Source: an uncultured Bacilli bacterium (lineage in GTDB: Bacteria > Bacillota_I > Bacilli_A > RF39 > UBA660). Taken from it: a stretch of 64,000 nt of DNA. The translations under genes and the position numbers were made by a program. Where the stretch lies: positions 42,081 to 106,080 of the forward strand of contig CALVXO010000002.1 in the NCBI GenBank assembly GCA_944371325.1. Reading direction: 5' to 3'. The first letter of the stretch is position 1. Every line of letters starts with the position of its first letter. A model generated the notes under the pieces. It saw only the letters and a program-made list of their open reading frames with translations, was not told the DNA's origin and searched no databases. Positions 22,919 through 30,463 of the stretch are shown here, piece by piece.

Positions 22919-23386
22919 TTATAATATTTTATAAGCATCTAAATCATTTCTTTGATAATATCTTATTGCTTTCATAACATTATCATTATTTAAATATACT
23001 GTTTCTAACATTTGTAAATCTTCTTCAGTAAATTGAAAATAAGAACTAATTAATCTAATAATTCTAAATTCAGGCAACTTAAACATATATTTTAAAATGT
23101 CTTCTTTAGTTAAAACTTTGATAATTTTAATTTTGTTAGTTACAAACATATCATAATATCCATTATATTCATCATCATATTTTTGTAAATCACCTAATGA
23201 TTCAACTATTGCTATAACAGCATTTGACCCATCAACATATCGTAATGTATCTTCTAAATTGGTACAAAAATGAAAGCCATAGCTTCCAAATTTTATTTCA
23301 CCTTCAATAGTGTATTCATAATTTAATTCAAATTTTTTGCCGTATCTATTAACTAAATTTTCATCAAAAGCTTTATAACCTATCAT
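22919..23386 (-). CDS. Hypothetical protein, DUF7666-like
   Basis: The N-terminus IGYKAFDENL...YGFHFCTNLEDTLRYV resembles the YKGF...GFHFC family common in phage and accessory DNA. It overlaps the recO stop by 4 nt. Confidence 0.4.
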   Translation of the reverse strand: MIGYKAFDENLVNRYGKKFELNYEYTIEGEIKFGSYGFHFCTNLEDTLRYVDGSNAVIAIVESLGDLQKYDDEYNGYYDMFVTNKIKIIKVLTKEDILKYMFKLPEFRIIRLISSYFQFTEEDLQMLETVYLNNDNVMKAIRYYQRNDLDAYKIL

Positions 23387-24105
23387 ATTATCTTACTCAA
23401 ATTTTTAATAAATTTTTTACTTTTTAGATATAATCCTGTATATCTTTCATAATATTCATCTAAAAAGACATTTATTTCATTTTTAGCTTGTTTACTTACT
23501 TCTAATTTAGTTATTTTAGATATGTCAACATAATAATACATTCTTAATAATTTAATTGTTTTTTCTGATACTAATCTTTCGTTAGTATAACATTTACTAC
23601 ATATATAACCATCATTAGATAATGTTTTAATTAAAGTGCTTCCACATTTACAACATCTATCTAATATAGGCATAACACCTAAATAATCTAAATATTTAAG
23701 TTCTAAAATGTTCATAATAACTAAAGGATCGTAACCTTCATTTATTTTTATTAAACCATTAATTAATAAATCATAAACTTCATATTTCATACTATGTTTG
23801 ATAACTTGTCCAGTTAATTCTAATAAATAGGTTGCATAACTTATTTTAGATATATCCTTTTTTATATTTTTAAAATTATCAATTATATCAACACTAGATA
23901 AAGTTGATAATTTATCTTTTTTATAATAAATATAAAAATTTCCATACGTTAGTTTATCATTCACACTTCTTAAACTACTTTTTAAACTTTTACAACCTTT
24001 AGCAATAACACCTATTACCCCATATTCTTTAGTTATAACATTTAATATTTTACTTGTTTCTCCATAGTCTTGAGTACTTAATATTATACCTTCTACCTCA
24101 ATCAT
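23383..24105 (-). CDS. recO: DNA repair protein RecO
   Basis: N-terminal OB fold (EGIILSTQDYGETSKILNVITKEYGVIGVIAKG), a Cys4 zinc motif (CCKCGS...CSKC), and position after era. Confidence 0.9.
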   Translation of the reverse strand: MIEVEGIILSTQDYGETSKILNVITKEYGVIGVIAKGCKSLKSSLRSVNDKLTYGNFYIYYKKDKLSTLSSVDIIDNFKNIKKDISKISYATYLLELTGQVIKHSMKYEVYDLLINGLIKINEGYDPLVIMNILELKYLDYLGVMPILDRCCKCGSTLIKTLSNDGYICSKCYTNERLVSEKTIKLLRMYYYVDISKITKLEVSKQAKNEINVFLDEYYERYTGLYLKSKKFIKNLSKII

Positions 24106-24352
24106 TGTTGATCAACTCAAAACGATATTCTTGTGAAACATTAGGATATTTTTCTTTATCAACTTTAGATATAAACATATCATAAGGTCTTACCCAGATT
24201 TTATGATCATCATATAATGCTTCATATATTACTAACTTTTTAGGAAATTTATCATTATTTGTTTCACTATCATAACCAATATTAATCACTTTATATAGTT
24301 TACCTTTAAAATGTCTATATATACCACCTACTACAACTTCCAAACTAGTCAC
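24098..24352 (-). CDS. DUF1653 domain protein
   Basis: GIYRHFKGKLYKV...VIYEALYDDHKIWVRPYDMF matches the YRHYKG...WVRP..MF pattern of DUF1653. It has a GTG start overlapping the yqzL stop. Confidence 0.7.
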   Translation of the reverse strand: MTSLEVVVGGIYRHFKGKLYKVINIGYDSETNNDKFPKKLVIYEALYDDHKIWVRPYDMFISKVDKEKYPNVSQEYRFELINND

Positions 24353-24428
24353 CTTCTTTTTTGTATTTTAAATAATATTCAATTTTCCCCGTTTTTTTAA
24401 ATAGTTGCCACAATATTTCTTTTTTCAT
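24345..24428 (-). CDS. yqzL: YqzL-family small protein (27 aa)
   Basis: Own translation: MKKEILWQLFKKTGKIEYYLKYKKEGD. It carries the W..F..TG.I..YL..K signature of YqzL and occupies the same era-yqzL-recO slot as in B. subtilis. GGAG lies upstream. Too short for the supplied track. Confidence 0.7.
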   Translation of the reverse strand: MKKEILWQLFKKTGKIEYYLKYKKEGD

Positions 24429-24478
24429 ATTTATCATCTCCATTAATATTGTGTTTATCTAATTAAATTTTTATTCAA

Positions 24479-25366
24479 TTATTCTAAAAAATCTTTAAAT
24501 CCAAATTCTTGTAAATATTTTTCTTTATCACGCCAATTTTTAATAGTTTTAACAAATAACTCTAGATAAACTTTTTTATCTAACAATTCTTCTAAATCTT
24601 TTCTTGCTTCGATTCCTATTTCTTTAATCATAGATCCTTGTTTACCTATTATAATTTTTTTAAGTGAATCCCTATCAACTATAATTGCAACATTGATACT
24701 ATAATTATTTTTCTCTTTTTTAATTTGTTCAACTACACAAGTAACCGAATGAGGAACTTCTTCATTTGTTAAATTAAATACTTTTTCTCTTACTATTTCT
24801 GATATTAAAAATTCTAATCTTTTATTGGTATAAACATCATCATCAAAATATTTAATGTTATCTGGCAAATATTTATTTAAGACTTCTATTAAAGTATTTA
24901 TATTATCTTTTTTTAAAGCAGATAAAGGAATTATTTCTTTAAAATGATACAAATCTTTATATTCAGCTATCTTTAATAAAATTTGTTCTTTTTTTATTTT
25001 ATCGATTTTGTTTAAAATTAAAATAACAGGTTTATTTACTTCTTTTAATTTTTCAATTATATATAAATCACCTTTACCTAATTTATCACTTGCATCAACT
25101 AAAAAAACTACAACATCAACATCATCAATACTATAATAAGCTTGTTTATTTAAATATTTACCTAGTTTATATTTAGGCTTATGAATTCCTGGTGTATCAA
25201 CAAATACTATTTGTGTATCTGAATCATTATATATTCCTTCAATAATATTTCTTGTAGTTTGTGGCTTATCTGATGTGATTGCTACCTTTTTACCAACAAT
25301 ACTATTTAATAATGTACTTTTACCGACATTTGGTCGTCCTATTAAACTTACAAACCCACTTTTCAT
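24479..25366 (-). CDS. era: GTPase Era
   Basis: GRPNVGKST, DTPG, NKID and a C-terminal KH domain (IIIGKQGSMIKEIG). Confidence 0.97.
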   Translation of the reverse strand: MKSGFVSLIGRPNVGKSTLLNSIVGKKVAITSDKPQTTRNIIEGIYNDSDTQIVFVDTPGIHKPKYKLGKYLNKQAYYSIDDVDVVVFLVDASDKLGKGDLYIIEKLKEVNKPVILILNKIDKIKKEQILLKIAEYKDLYHFKEIIPLSALKKDNINTLIEVLNKYLPDNIKYFDDDVYTNKRLEFLISEIVREKVFNLTNEEVPHSVTCVVEQIKKEKNNYSINVAIIVDRDSLKKIIIGKQGSMIKEIGIEARKDLEELLDKKVYLELFVKTIKNWRDKEKYLQEFGFKDFLE

Positions 25367-25369
25367 ATC

Positions 25370-25810
25370 TTACCTCACAATTCCAAATTCATTTAATAAT
25401 TCATCTTGTTTTTTAAACATTATTTCTTCTTCTTCTTTAACCATATGATCATAACCTAATAAATGTAATAATCCATGAATAGTTAAAAATGATAATTCTC
25501 TTAAAAATGAATGATTATATGATTTGGCTTGTTCATAAGTTTTATCTAATGAAATATAAATATCACCTAGTACTCTAAAATCTAATTTAACGTTATCTAC
25601 TTCATCTTCTAAAGCGAAACTAATAACATCTGTTGGTCTATCAATACCACGATATTCTTTATTTAATTTATGAATATAATCATTATCCACAATAATAACA
25701 TTAAATAAACAATTTTCTAAGTTTTCTTTTTTAACGACAAAATTTAAAAACTCATTTATATTTTCTATTTCTTTAATATCTTCATTTGTTTCATTTATAA
25801 TTTCAAACAT
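25370..25810 (-). CDS. ybeY: rRNA maturation endoribonuclease YbeY
   Basis: Zinc motif HGLLHLLGYDH; 146 aa. Confidence 0.95.
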   Translation of the reverse strand: MFEIINETNEDIKEIENINEFLNFVVKKENLENCLFNVIIVDNDYIHKLNKEYRGIDRPTDVISFALEDEVDNVKLDFRVLGDIYISLDKTYEQAKSYNHSFLRELSFLTIHGLLHLLGYDHMVKEEEEIMFKKQDELLNEFGIVR

Positions 25811-26396
25811 AAAACACCCCTAACAAATATAATACAATCAATATTAATATGACACTAATAATTATATTATAAATAGATTCTTTTTTCAAGAATTTAATTT
25901 TATAAATTATTTTAAATATAAAGTAACCAATTAATCCACCTATAATATTTAAAAATATATCATCGATATCAAATACTCGTCCAATTAATAATTGTGTTGT
26001 TTCAATGGTAATAGATGTTAATAAAGTTAATATAAATACTGAATAAAATTTTTTTAACTTTAAAAAATACGATGTAAAAAAGCCAAAAGGAATAAACATA
26101 ATCATATTACCAACAACATTTTTAAAAAATAATTTTGTTCCAAATTCATATCTTAACATTTCTTTAAATGGAATGAAATTAGAACTTGACCAACTAACAT
26201 CTTGAAAAGTAACAACTTCAAATAAGGCTATTACATACATAATAAAACCTAACATCAACATTTCTTTATAAAATACAAAATCAACTTTATATTTTATTAA
26301 ATAAGTTATTCTTAAAGACGTTATAATTATTAAACAGATAATTAAACTTGGCCATATATCTAATAAAATTTCTCTTATACTATTAGAAAACATCAT
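25803..26396 (-). CDS. VanZ-like membrane protein
   Basis: Multi-TM protein with the NVVGNMIMFIPFGFF motif and a C-terminal D(I/V)xDxxxNxxG (FDIDDIFLNIIGG) typical of VanZ. Confidence 0.7.
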   Translation of the reverse strand: MMFSNSIREILLDIWPSLIICLIIITSLRITYLIKYKVDFVFYKEMLMLGFIMYVIALFEVVTFQDVSWSSSNFIPFKEMLRYEFGTKLFFKNVVGNMIMFIPFGFFTSYFLKLKKFYSVFILTLLTSITIETTQLLIGRVFDIDDIFLNIIGGLIGYFIFKIIYKIKFLKKESIYNIIISVILILIVLYLLGVFYV

Positions 26397-27535
26397 TCAC
26401 CTTCTATCTTACTATAACTTGTAATATCTTCATAAACTGTAAAAAATACATCTAATATTACTTTATCTTCTTCTATATTAAAACTTAATACCTTATAATC
26501 AATTACTTTTTCTTCACCATCTAATGTTTCATTCATTTTTTTTATTGCTTCTTCTATTGCCTTATCTTTAGCTTCTTCACTAGTTAAAAGTAAAGAAATT
26601 GTTTCTAATTCTTGTTGTCTTTGTTTAACTAAATAAATTGGTAATATATTATTTTGTAATATAATATTTTCTTCTATTTTTTTATCTTTAAATTTATTAA
26701 AAGTAAATTCAATTTCTTTATCAAATATTTTTAACACATAAACATCTTGATAATTACTTTTTTCCTTTATTTCGCTATAAACATAAGGATACTCTACTTT
26801 AACATTATACCAAACTTCGCCATAAACTATACCATCAGCTTTAATAGTATCTTTTATTTCTTCATTTAAATAAATATTACCAGATATAATAATATCGTCT
26901 TTATTAACATATGAATTTAGATTCTTAACAACTTCACCACTTTTAGCAATTATTTTTTTAATAACAGCACTTTTACTAGCAATTACATTTTGTTTTTCGT
27001 AACTTACTTCATTGTTAGGTATAATTCTAGGCTCAACTCTTATTATATAGCTGGTACCTTTTTCTTCTATCTCTAACCATTCAATTTTGTCCTGATATTT
27101 ATTTAAAATATCATTTTTTATATTTTGAATTTCATTATAACTTTTTTTAAACTTATATTTTTTTATACTATAGTTTTCTAATTCATTTATAATAAAGTTT
27201 CTTAGATTTTTATCATTATGAATTACTTCAACATTAAATATAACATTACTTAAAAATATTAAAACAATTATACCTATAATAATGAAACCAATTAGATATT
27301 TATATATATTAATAACTTCTCTAACTTTAATTATACCATAAATATCTTTTATATTAACATCATAAATAGTTTTTAACTCTAATAACTTTTCATAATCTTT
27401 TTTATAAATAATTATATTGATTTCATTATATTTTATATATTCAATTTTTATTAAATCGATATTATTAGATTTTAATCTTTTAATAAATCTTTCAATATTT
27501 TTCCCTTTTACATTTAATTTGATTTTACTTGTCAT
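26393..27535 (-). CDS. yqfD: Sporulation protein YqfD
   Basis: 380 aa. N-terminal VKGKNIERFIKRL, one TM near residue 85, and position after yqfC. Confidence 0.8.
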   Translation of the reverse strand: MTSKIKLNVKGKNIERFIKRLKSNNIDLIKIEYIKYNEINIIIYKKDYEKLLELKTIYDVNIKDIYGIIKVREVINIYKYLIGFIIIGIIVLIFLSNVIFNVEVIHNDKNLRNFIINELENYSIKKYKFKKSYNEIQNIKNDILNKYQDKIEWLEIEEKGTSYIIRVEPRIIPNNEVSYEKQNVIASKSAVIKKIIAKSGEVVKNLNSYVNKDDIIISGNIYLNEEIKDTIKADGIVYGEVWYNVKVEYPYVYSEIKEKSNYQDVYVLKIFDKEIEFTFNKFKDKKIEENIILQNNILPIYLVKQRQQELETISLLLTSEEAKDKAIEEAIKKMNETLDGEEKVIDYKVLSFNIEEDKVILDVFFTVYEDITSYSKIEGE

Positions 27536-27539
27536 TTAA

Positions 27540-27776
27540 TCACCTAAATTCTATTTTATTAATACTACCTTCTATCAATAATTCATCTTTTAATAATTTT
27601 GAAACTACTAGATTTTTACCATTTATTAAAACACTACCATCATTATAATTAATTATAATTTTATTACTATCAAAATGAGATATATCACTATAATTTACTA
27701 TATCTAATTTATTAGATAAATAAATTATTTTAAAATCATTTTCTAATATATAATTTCTTAAATTCATTAATCTCAC
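27540..27776 (-). CDS. yqfC: Sporulation protein YqfC
   Basis: 78 aa. The pattern LDIVNYSDISHFDSNKIIINYNDGSVLINGKNLVVSKLLKDELLIEGSINKIEF is typical of YqfC. Confidence 0.8.
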   Translation of the reverse strand: MRLMNLRNYILENDFKIIYLSNKLDIVNYSDISHFDSNKIIINYNDGSVLINGKNLVVSKLLKDELLIEGSINKIEFR

Positions 27777-27861
27777 CTATTTAATCTTATTATTTTAAAA
27801 TTTAAATTTGACAAAATAAAAAAGATGTGTTAGTATATAACGCACTCAGGGGGAATTTATT

Positions 27862-28017
27862 ATGAGTAATTATGAATTTCAATATAATCTAGACATTGAT
27901 TCAGCTATTATCTTAGCTAATATCAAATTTGAAAATGAAGGAAAAGAAGAAGTTGAAAAGGAAGAATATGTTTACGTAGAAAATCCAATTCAACGTATAA
28001 ATGAAGTTAACTATTAA
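27862..28017 (+). CDS. Unannotated 51-aa acidic protein
   Basis: Own translation: MSNYEFQYNLDIDSAIILANIKFENEGKEEVEKEEYVYVENPIQRINEVNY. Promoter TTGACA (27808-27813), 17-nt spacer, TAGTAT with upstream TG. RBS AGGGGGA lies 7 nt before the ATG. The hairpin AAAATGCT/AGCATTTT plus T-run follows directly after the stop. Confidence 0.55.
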   Translation: MSNYEFQYNLDIDSAIILANIKFENEGKEEVEKEEYVYVENPIQRINEVNY

Positions 28018-28035
28018 AATGCTTAAAGCATTTTT

Positions 28036-28251
28036 TTATTTTGTAAATAATGTTTGTAACATCTCAAATGTATCAATTGCTCTACTTATTTTATCAGTAG
28101 GTCTTAATTTATAAATTGATTTAACCTCTTCTTCAAAATGTTTAAAATTATTAGGATCTCTATTTAAATATTTATACCAATTAGAATTTTCTCTTAAGAA
28201 TCTAATATAATTTTTATTATTTCTTATTTTAAATTGAATATCTATATTCAT
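28036..28251 (-). CDS. ylbE: YlbE-like protein
   Basis: YIRFLRENSNWYKYLNRDPNNFKHFEEEVKSIY parallels B. subtilis YlbE (FIREQPIWYRRLSRNPQDMASFE). Confidence 0.75.
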   Translation of the reverse strand: MNIDIQFKIRNNKNYIRFLRENSNWYKYLNRDPNNFKHFEEEVKSIYKLRPTDKISRAIDTFEMLQTLFTK

Positions 28252-28595
28252 TAATCCTCAAAATGTTTATAAATTGGCCTTGGTTTATATTCTTGATTTG
28301 GTTTTTCTTCTTTACTAGTTAACTCTTGAACCATTCCTAACATCTTTTGGATATTAGCAACACCTGATTGAACACTATCTAAATTAATATTTTTAAGCCA
28401 ACTTAAAGCATCTAACGCTCCAACTGTTGTAGCAGTTGTTGCAACGCCCAAATATTCTTTCCATGCTTCATTATCTTCGCCATATAAATCATATATCTCA
28501 TAAAATTTTTGCCAATTACTTTCACCGCTTCTAACATATTTAACTAGTTTAGGATTTTTTTTAACAAATTCTTTGAATTCTTCTTTTTTTGACAT
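28251..28595 (-). CDS. ylbD: YlbD-like putative spore coat protein
   Basis: EFKEFVKKNPKLVKYVRSGESNWQKFYEIYDLYGEDNEAWKEY parallels B. subtilis YlbD (FKDFVKKHPKLIKEVRSGEKTWQEVYEDWYLLGEED). Confidence 0.8.
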   Translation of the reverse strand: MSKKEEFKEFVKKNPKLVKYVRSGESNWQKFYEIYDLYGEDNEAWKEYLGVATTATTVGALDALSWLKNINLDSVQSGVANIQKMLGMVQELTSKEEKPNQEYKPRPIYKHFED

Positions 28596-28684
28596 ATTAC
28601 CACCTACTACATTTTATGCTTTTATTTTTAAAAATACACTTTATATAATTAAAAAATATGTTATAATAATAAAGAGGTGGAGTT

Positions 28685-29953
28685 ATGGAAAAAGTAAAAG
28701 AATTACTTTCCAAAATAAAAATTGGTAATTTAGCTAAAAAAAATATTAAAGGCTTTTTAATTATAATATTTGTTATATTAGTATTATATTTTACTATTTC
28801 TAGTATCATTACTGGTTCAAGAAATAGAACTTGTAGCAATCTTAGAAATGAAATTTTTACAAAAGCAGATGTTTATTTAGAAGAAAATAAATTATTACCA
28901 ACTTTAAATGGTGATAGTGTAACTATAAAAATATCTGATTTAAATGAAGCAGTTGTATTTAAAGATTATGCCGTAACAGGTGATATAACTTATACAAAAT
29001 ATAATGATAAATATGCTAAAGCAGTAACACTAAACGATGCTTCTTATTGTACTACAAAAGAATTTAAAAAAGAATCAGATCAATATGATGAAAGTAAAAA
29101 TGTTAAAGTTGAAACTTATTTTAATTATTACGATGTCGATTCATATAATTCAAAATGGACAGAATGGTATCCTAGTGAAGAAATAAGTACTGAAGAAACT
29201 AATGGTGTTTTATTACCATTAGATGAAAAAGATTTGCCTAAGATTCCAGATAATGCTGTTGTTACGGAATATGTAAGAGAAACAAAAACATATTATAGTT
29301 ATAGAGATAAACAATGGAGATTTTATAAAAATAATATAAAATATAGCGATTATAGTTCTACTAAACCTAAAGGATATTCGACAAAAGATACAGATACAAA
29401 ATCTTCAACCGAAGCTACACCATGGAGTTTAGATTATCCTGAAGTATATGATTATCGTCATATAAAACAACAAACTGGTTATAGATGGTACTACTTAGAT
29501 GGTGAAAATAAAGTTTATTGGAACAATGGTGAATATAGTGTTACTTCGCCAGGAGACGAATATGTAAAAGATAAAGAAAATTCTGCTACAATGTATTCAT
29601 ATACTGATGATGTATGGAAATGGTATAATGGAACAACTAGAAGAATATATAGTTGGTATAGCTCAACAATGCCTAGTGGTTACAATTATAAAGATACTTC
29701 AACATTAAGATATACAACTTGGAGCAAATTTACTGATGAAAGTAAAGTTGATAAATCTAATAAAAGTTATCGTGAAGAAAAAACAGATACTTATTCAAGA
29801 TACTTAATAAAATATGATGTTTATTCACTACCTATGTTAGATAATTATGTTACTTTAGAAGAATTAGAAAGTAAATTAGGTAAAACTTATGAAGAAATAA
29901 GTCAAGATAAAACATTAAAAGTTGATGTATTATTTAAATTTAAATATGAATAA
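28685..29953 (+). CDS. Membrane-anchored protein with Tyr/Trp-rich repeats (YxYR..W..Y / W[ST]xW modules)
   Basis: N-terminal signal-anchor (FLIIIFVILVLYFTISSII). Repeated YYSYRDKQWRFYK, GYRWYYLDGENKVYW and MYSYTDDVWKWYNG, plus SKWTEWYPSEE, TPWSLDYPE and YTTWSKFTDES. Extended -10 (TGTTATAAT) and RBS AGAGGTGGA upstream. Confidence 0.6.
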   Translation: MEKVKELLSKIKIGNLAKKNIKGFLIIIFVILVLYFTISSIITGSRNRTCSNLRNEIFTKADVYLEENKLLPTLNGDSVTIKISDLNEAVVFKDYAVTGDITYTKYNDKYAKAVTLNDASYCTTKEFKKESDQYDESKNVKVETYFNYYDVDSYNSKWTEWYPSEEISTEETNGVLLPLDEKDLPKIPDNAVVTEYVRETKTYYSYRDKQWRFYKNNIKYSDYSSTKPKGYSTKDTDTKSSTEATPWSLDYPEVYDYRHIKQQTGYRWYYLDGENKVYWNNGEYSVTSPGDEYVKDKENSATMYSYTDDVWKWYNGTTRRIYSWYSSTMPSGYNYKDTSTLRYTTWSKFTDESKVDKSNKSYREEKTDTYSRYLIKYDVYSLPMLDNYVTLEELESKLGKTYEEISQDKTLKVDVLFKFKYE

Positions 29954-29993
29954 AACTCAAATTTAAAATTCAAATTTGAGTTTTTTTTATAAT

Positions 29994-30455
29994 TTAATTA
30001 TCTAATTCATCCATTATATCATATTTATCATTGTTATATTCTTCTATTATTCTATCTAAAATATACTCTTTTTTTGCTTCACTAAACCCAACTATAATTT
30101 CATCACCTATTACTAAAAAAGGAAGTGCATAATATGTTTGATTTAATGAATCCCCTACTTTATGCATTAATGAATTATTTTCTTCATTGTACCATACTTC
30201 ATACTGAACTAAATTAAAATATTTATTATAACTACTATCTAAATTATTAAAAAATTCTTTTAAATTAGCACATACTGGGCAACCATCACCCCAAAACAAA
30301 TAAACATTAATTGGACCTTCTTTTACTTCTTCATCAATAATTATTTCTTGATTTTCATTTGAATTATTTTCTACTTGTTGACTGTTATCTATTATTTCTT
30401 GTTTATTACAACCAATAGAAATAATTAACAATAAAACAATAATTATTTTTTTCAT
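29994..30455 (-). CDS. Thioredoxin-fold lipoprotein with a CxxC motif
   Basis: Lipoprotein signal MKKIIIVLLLIISIGC|NKQ. It has a redox motif WGDGCPVCANL and glutaredoxin/thioredoxin-like spacing. Confidence 0.65.
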   Translation of the reverse strand: MKKIIIVLLLIISIGCNKQEIIDNSQQVENNSNENQEIIIDEEVKEGPINVYLFWGDGCPVCANLKEFFNNLDSSYNKYFNLVQYEVWYNEENNSLMHKVGDSLNQTYYALPFLVIGDEIIVGFSEAKKEYILDRIIEEYNNDKYDIMDELDN

Positions 30456-30463
30456 TATCTCAC

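Noticed and set aside
22919-24352. Possible prophage remnant (DUF7666-like and DUF1653 genes)
   Set aside because: No integrase, repeats, att-like duplications or other phage genes are present. The genes are embedded in and translationally coupled to the era-recO operon, so I treat them as isolated accessory insertions.
28597-28839. 80-aa minus-strand ORF overlapping the start of ORF 28685-29953
   Set aside because: It spans the ylbD promoter region and the 5' end of a better-supported plus-strand gene. It has no RBS and a hydrophobic low-complexity translation.
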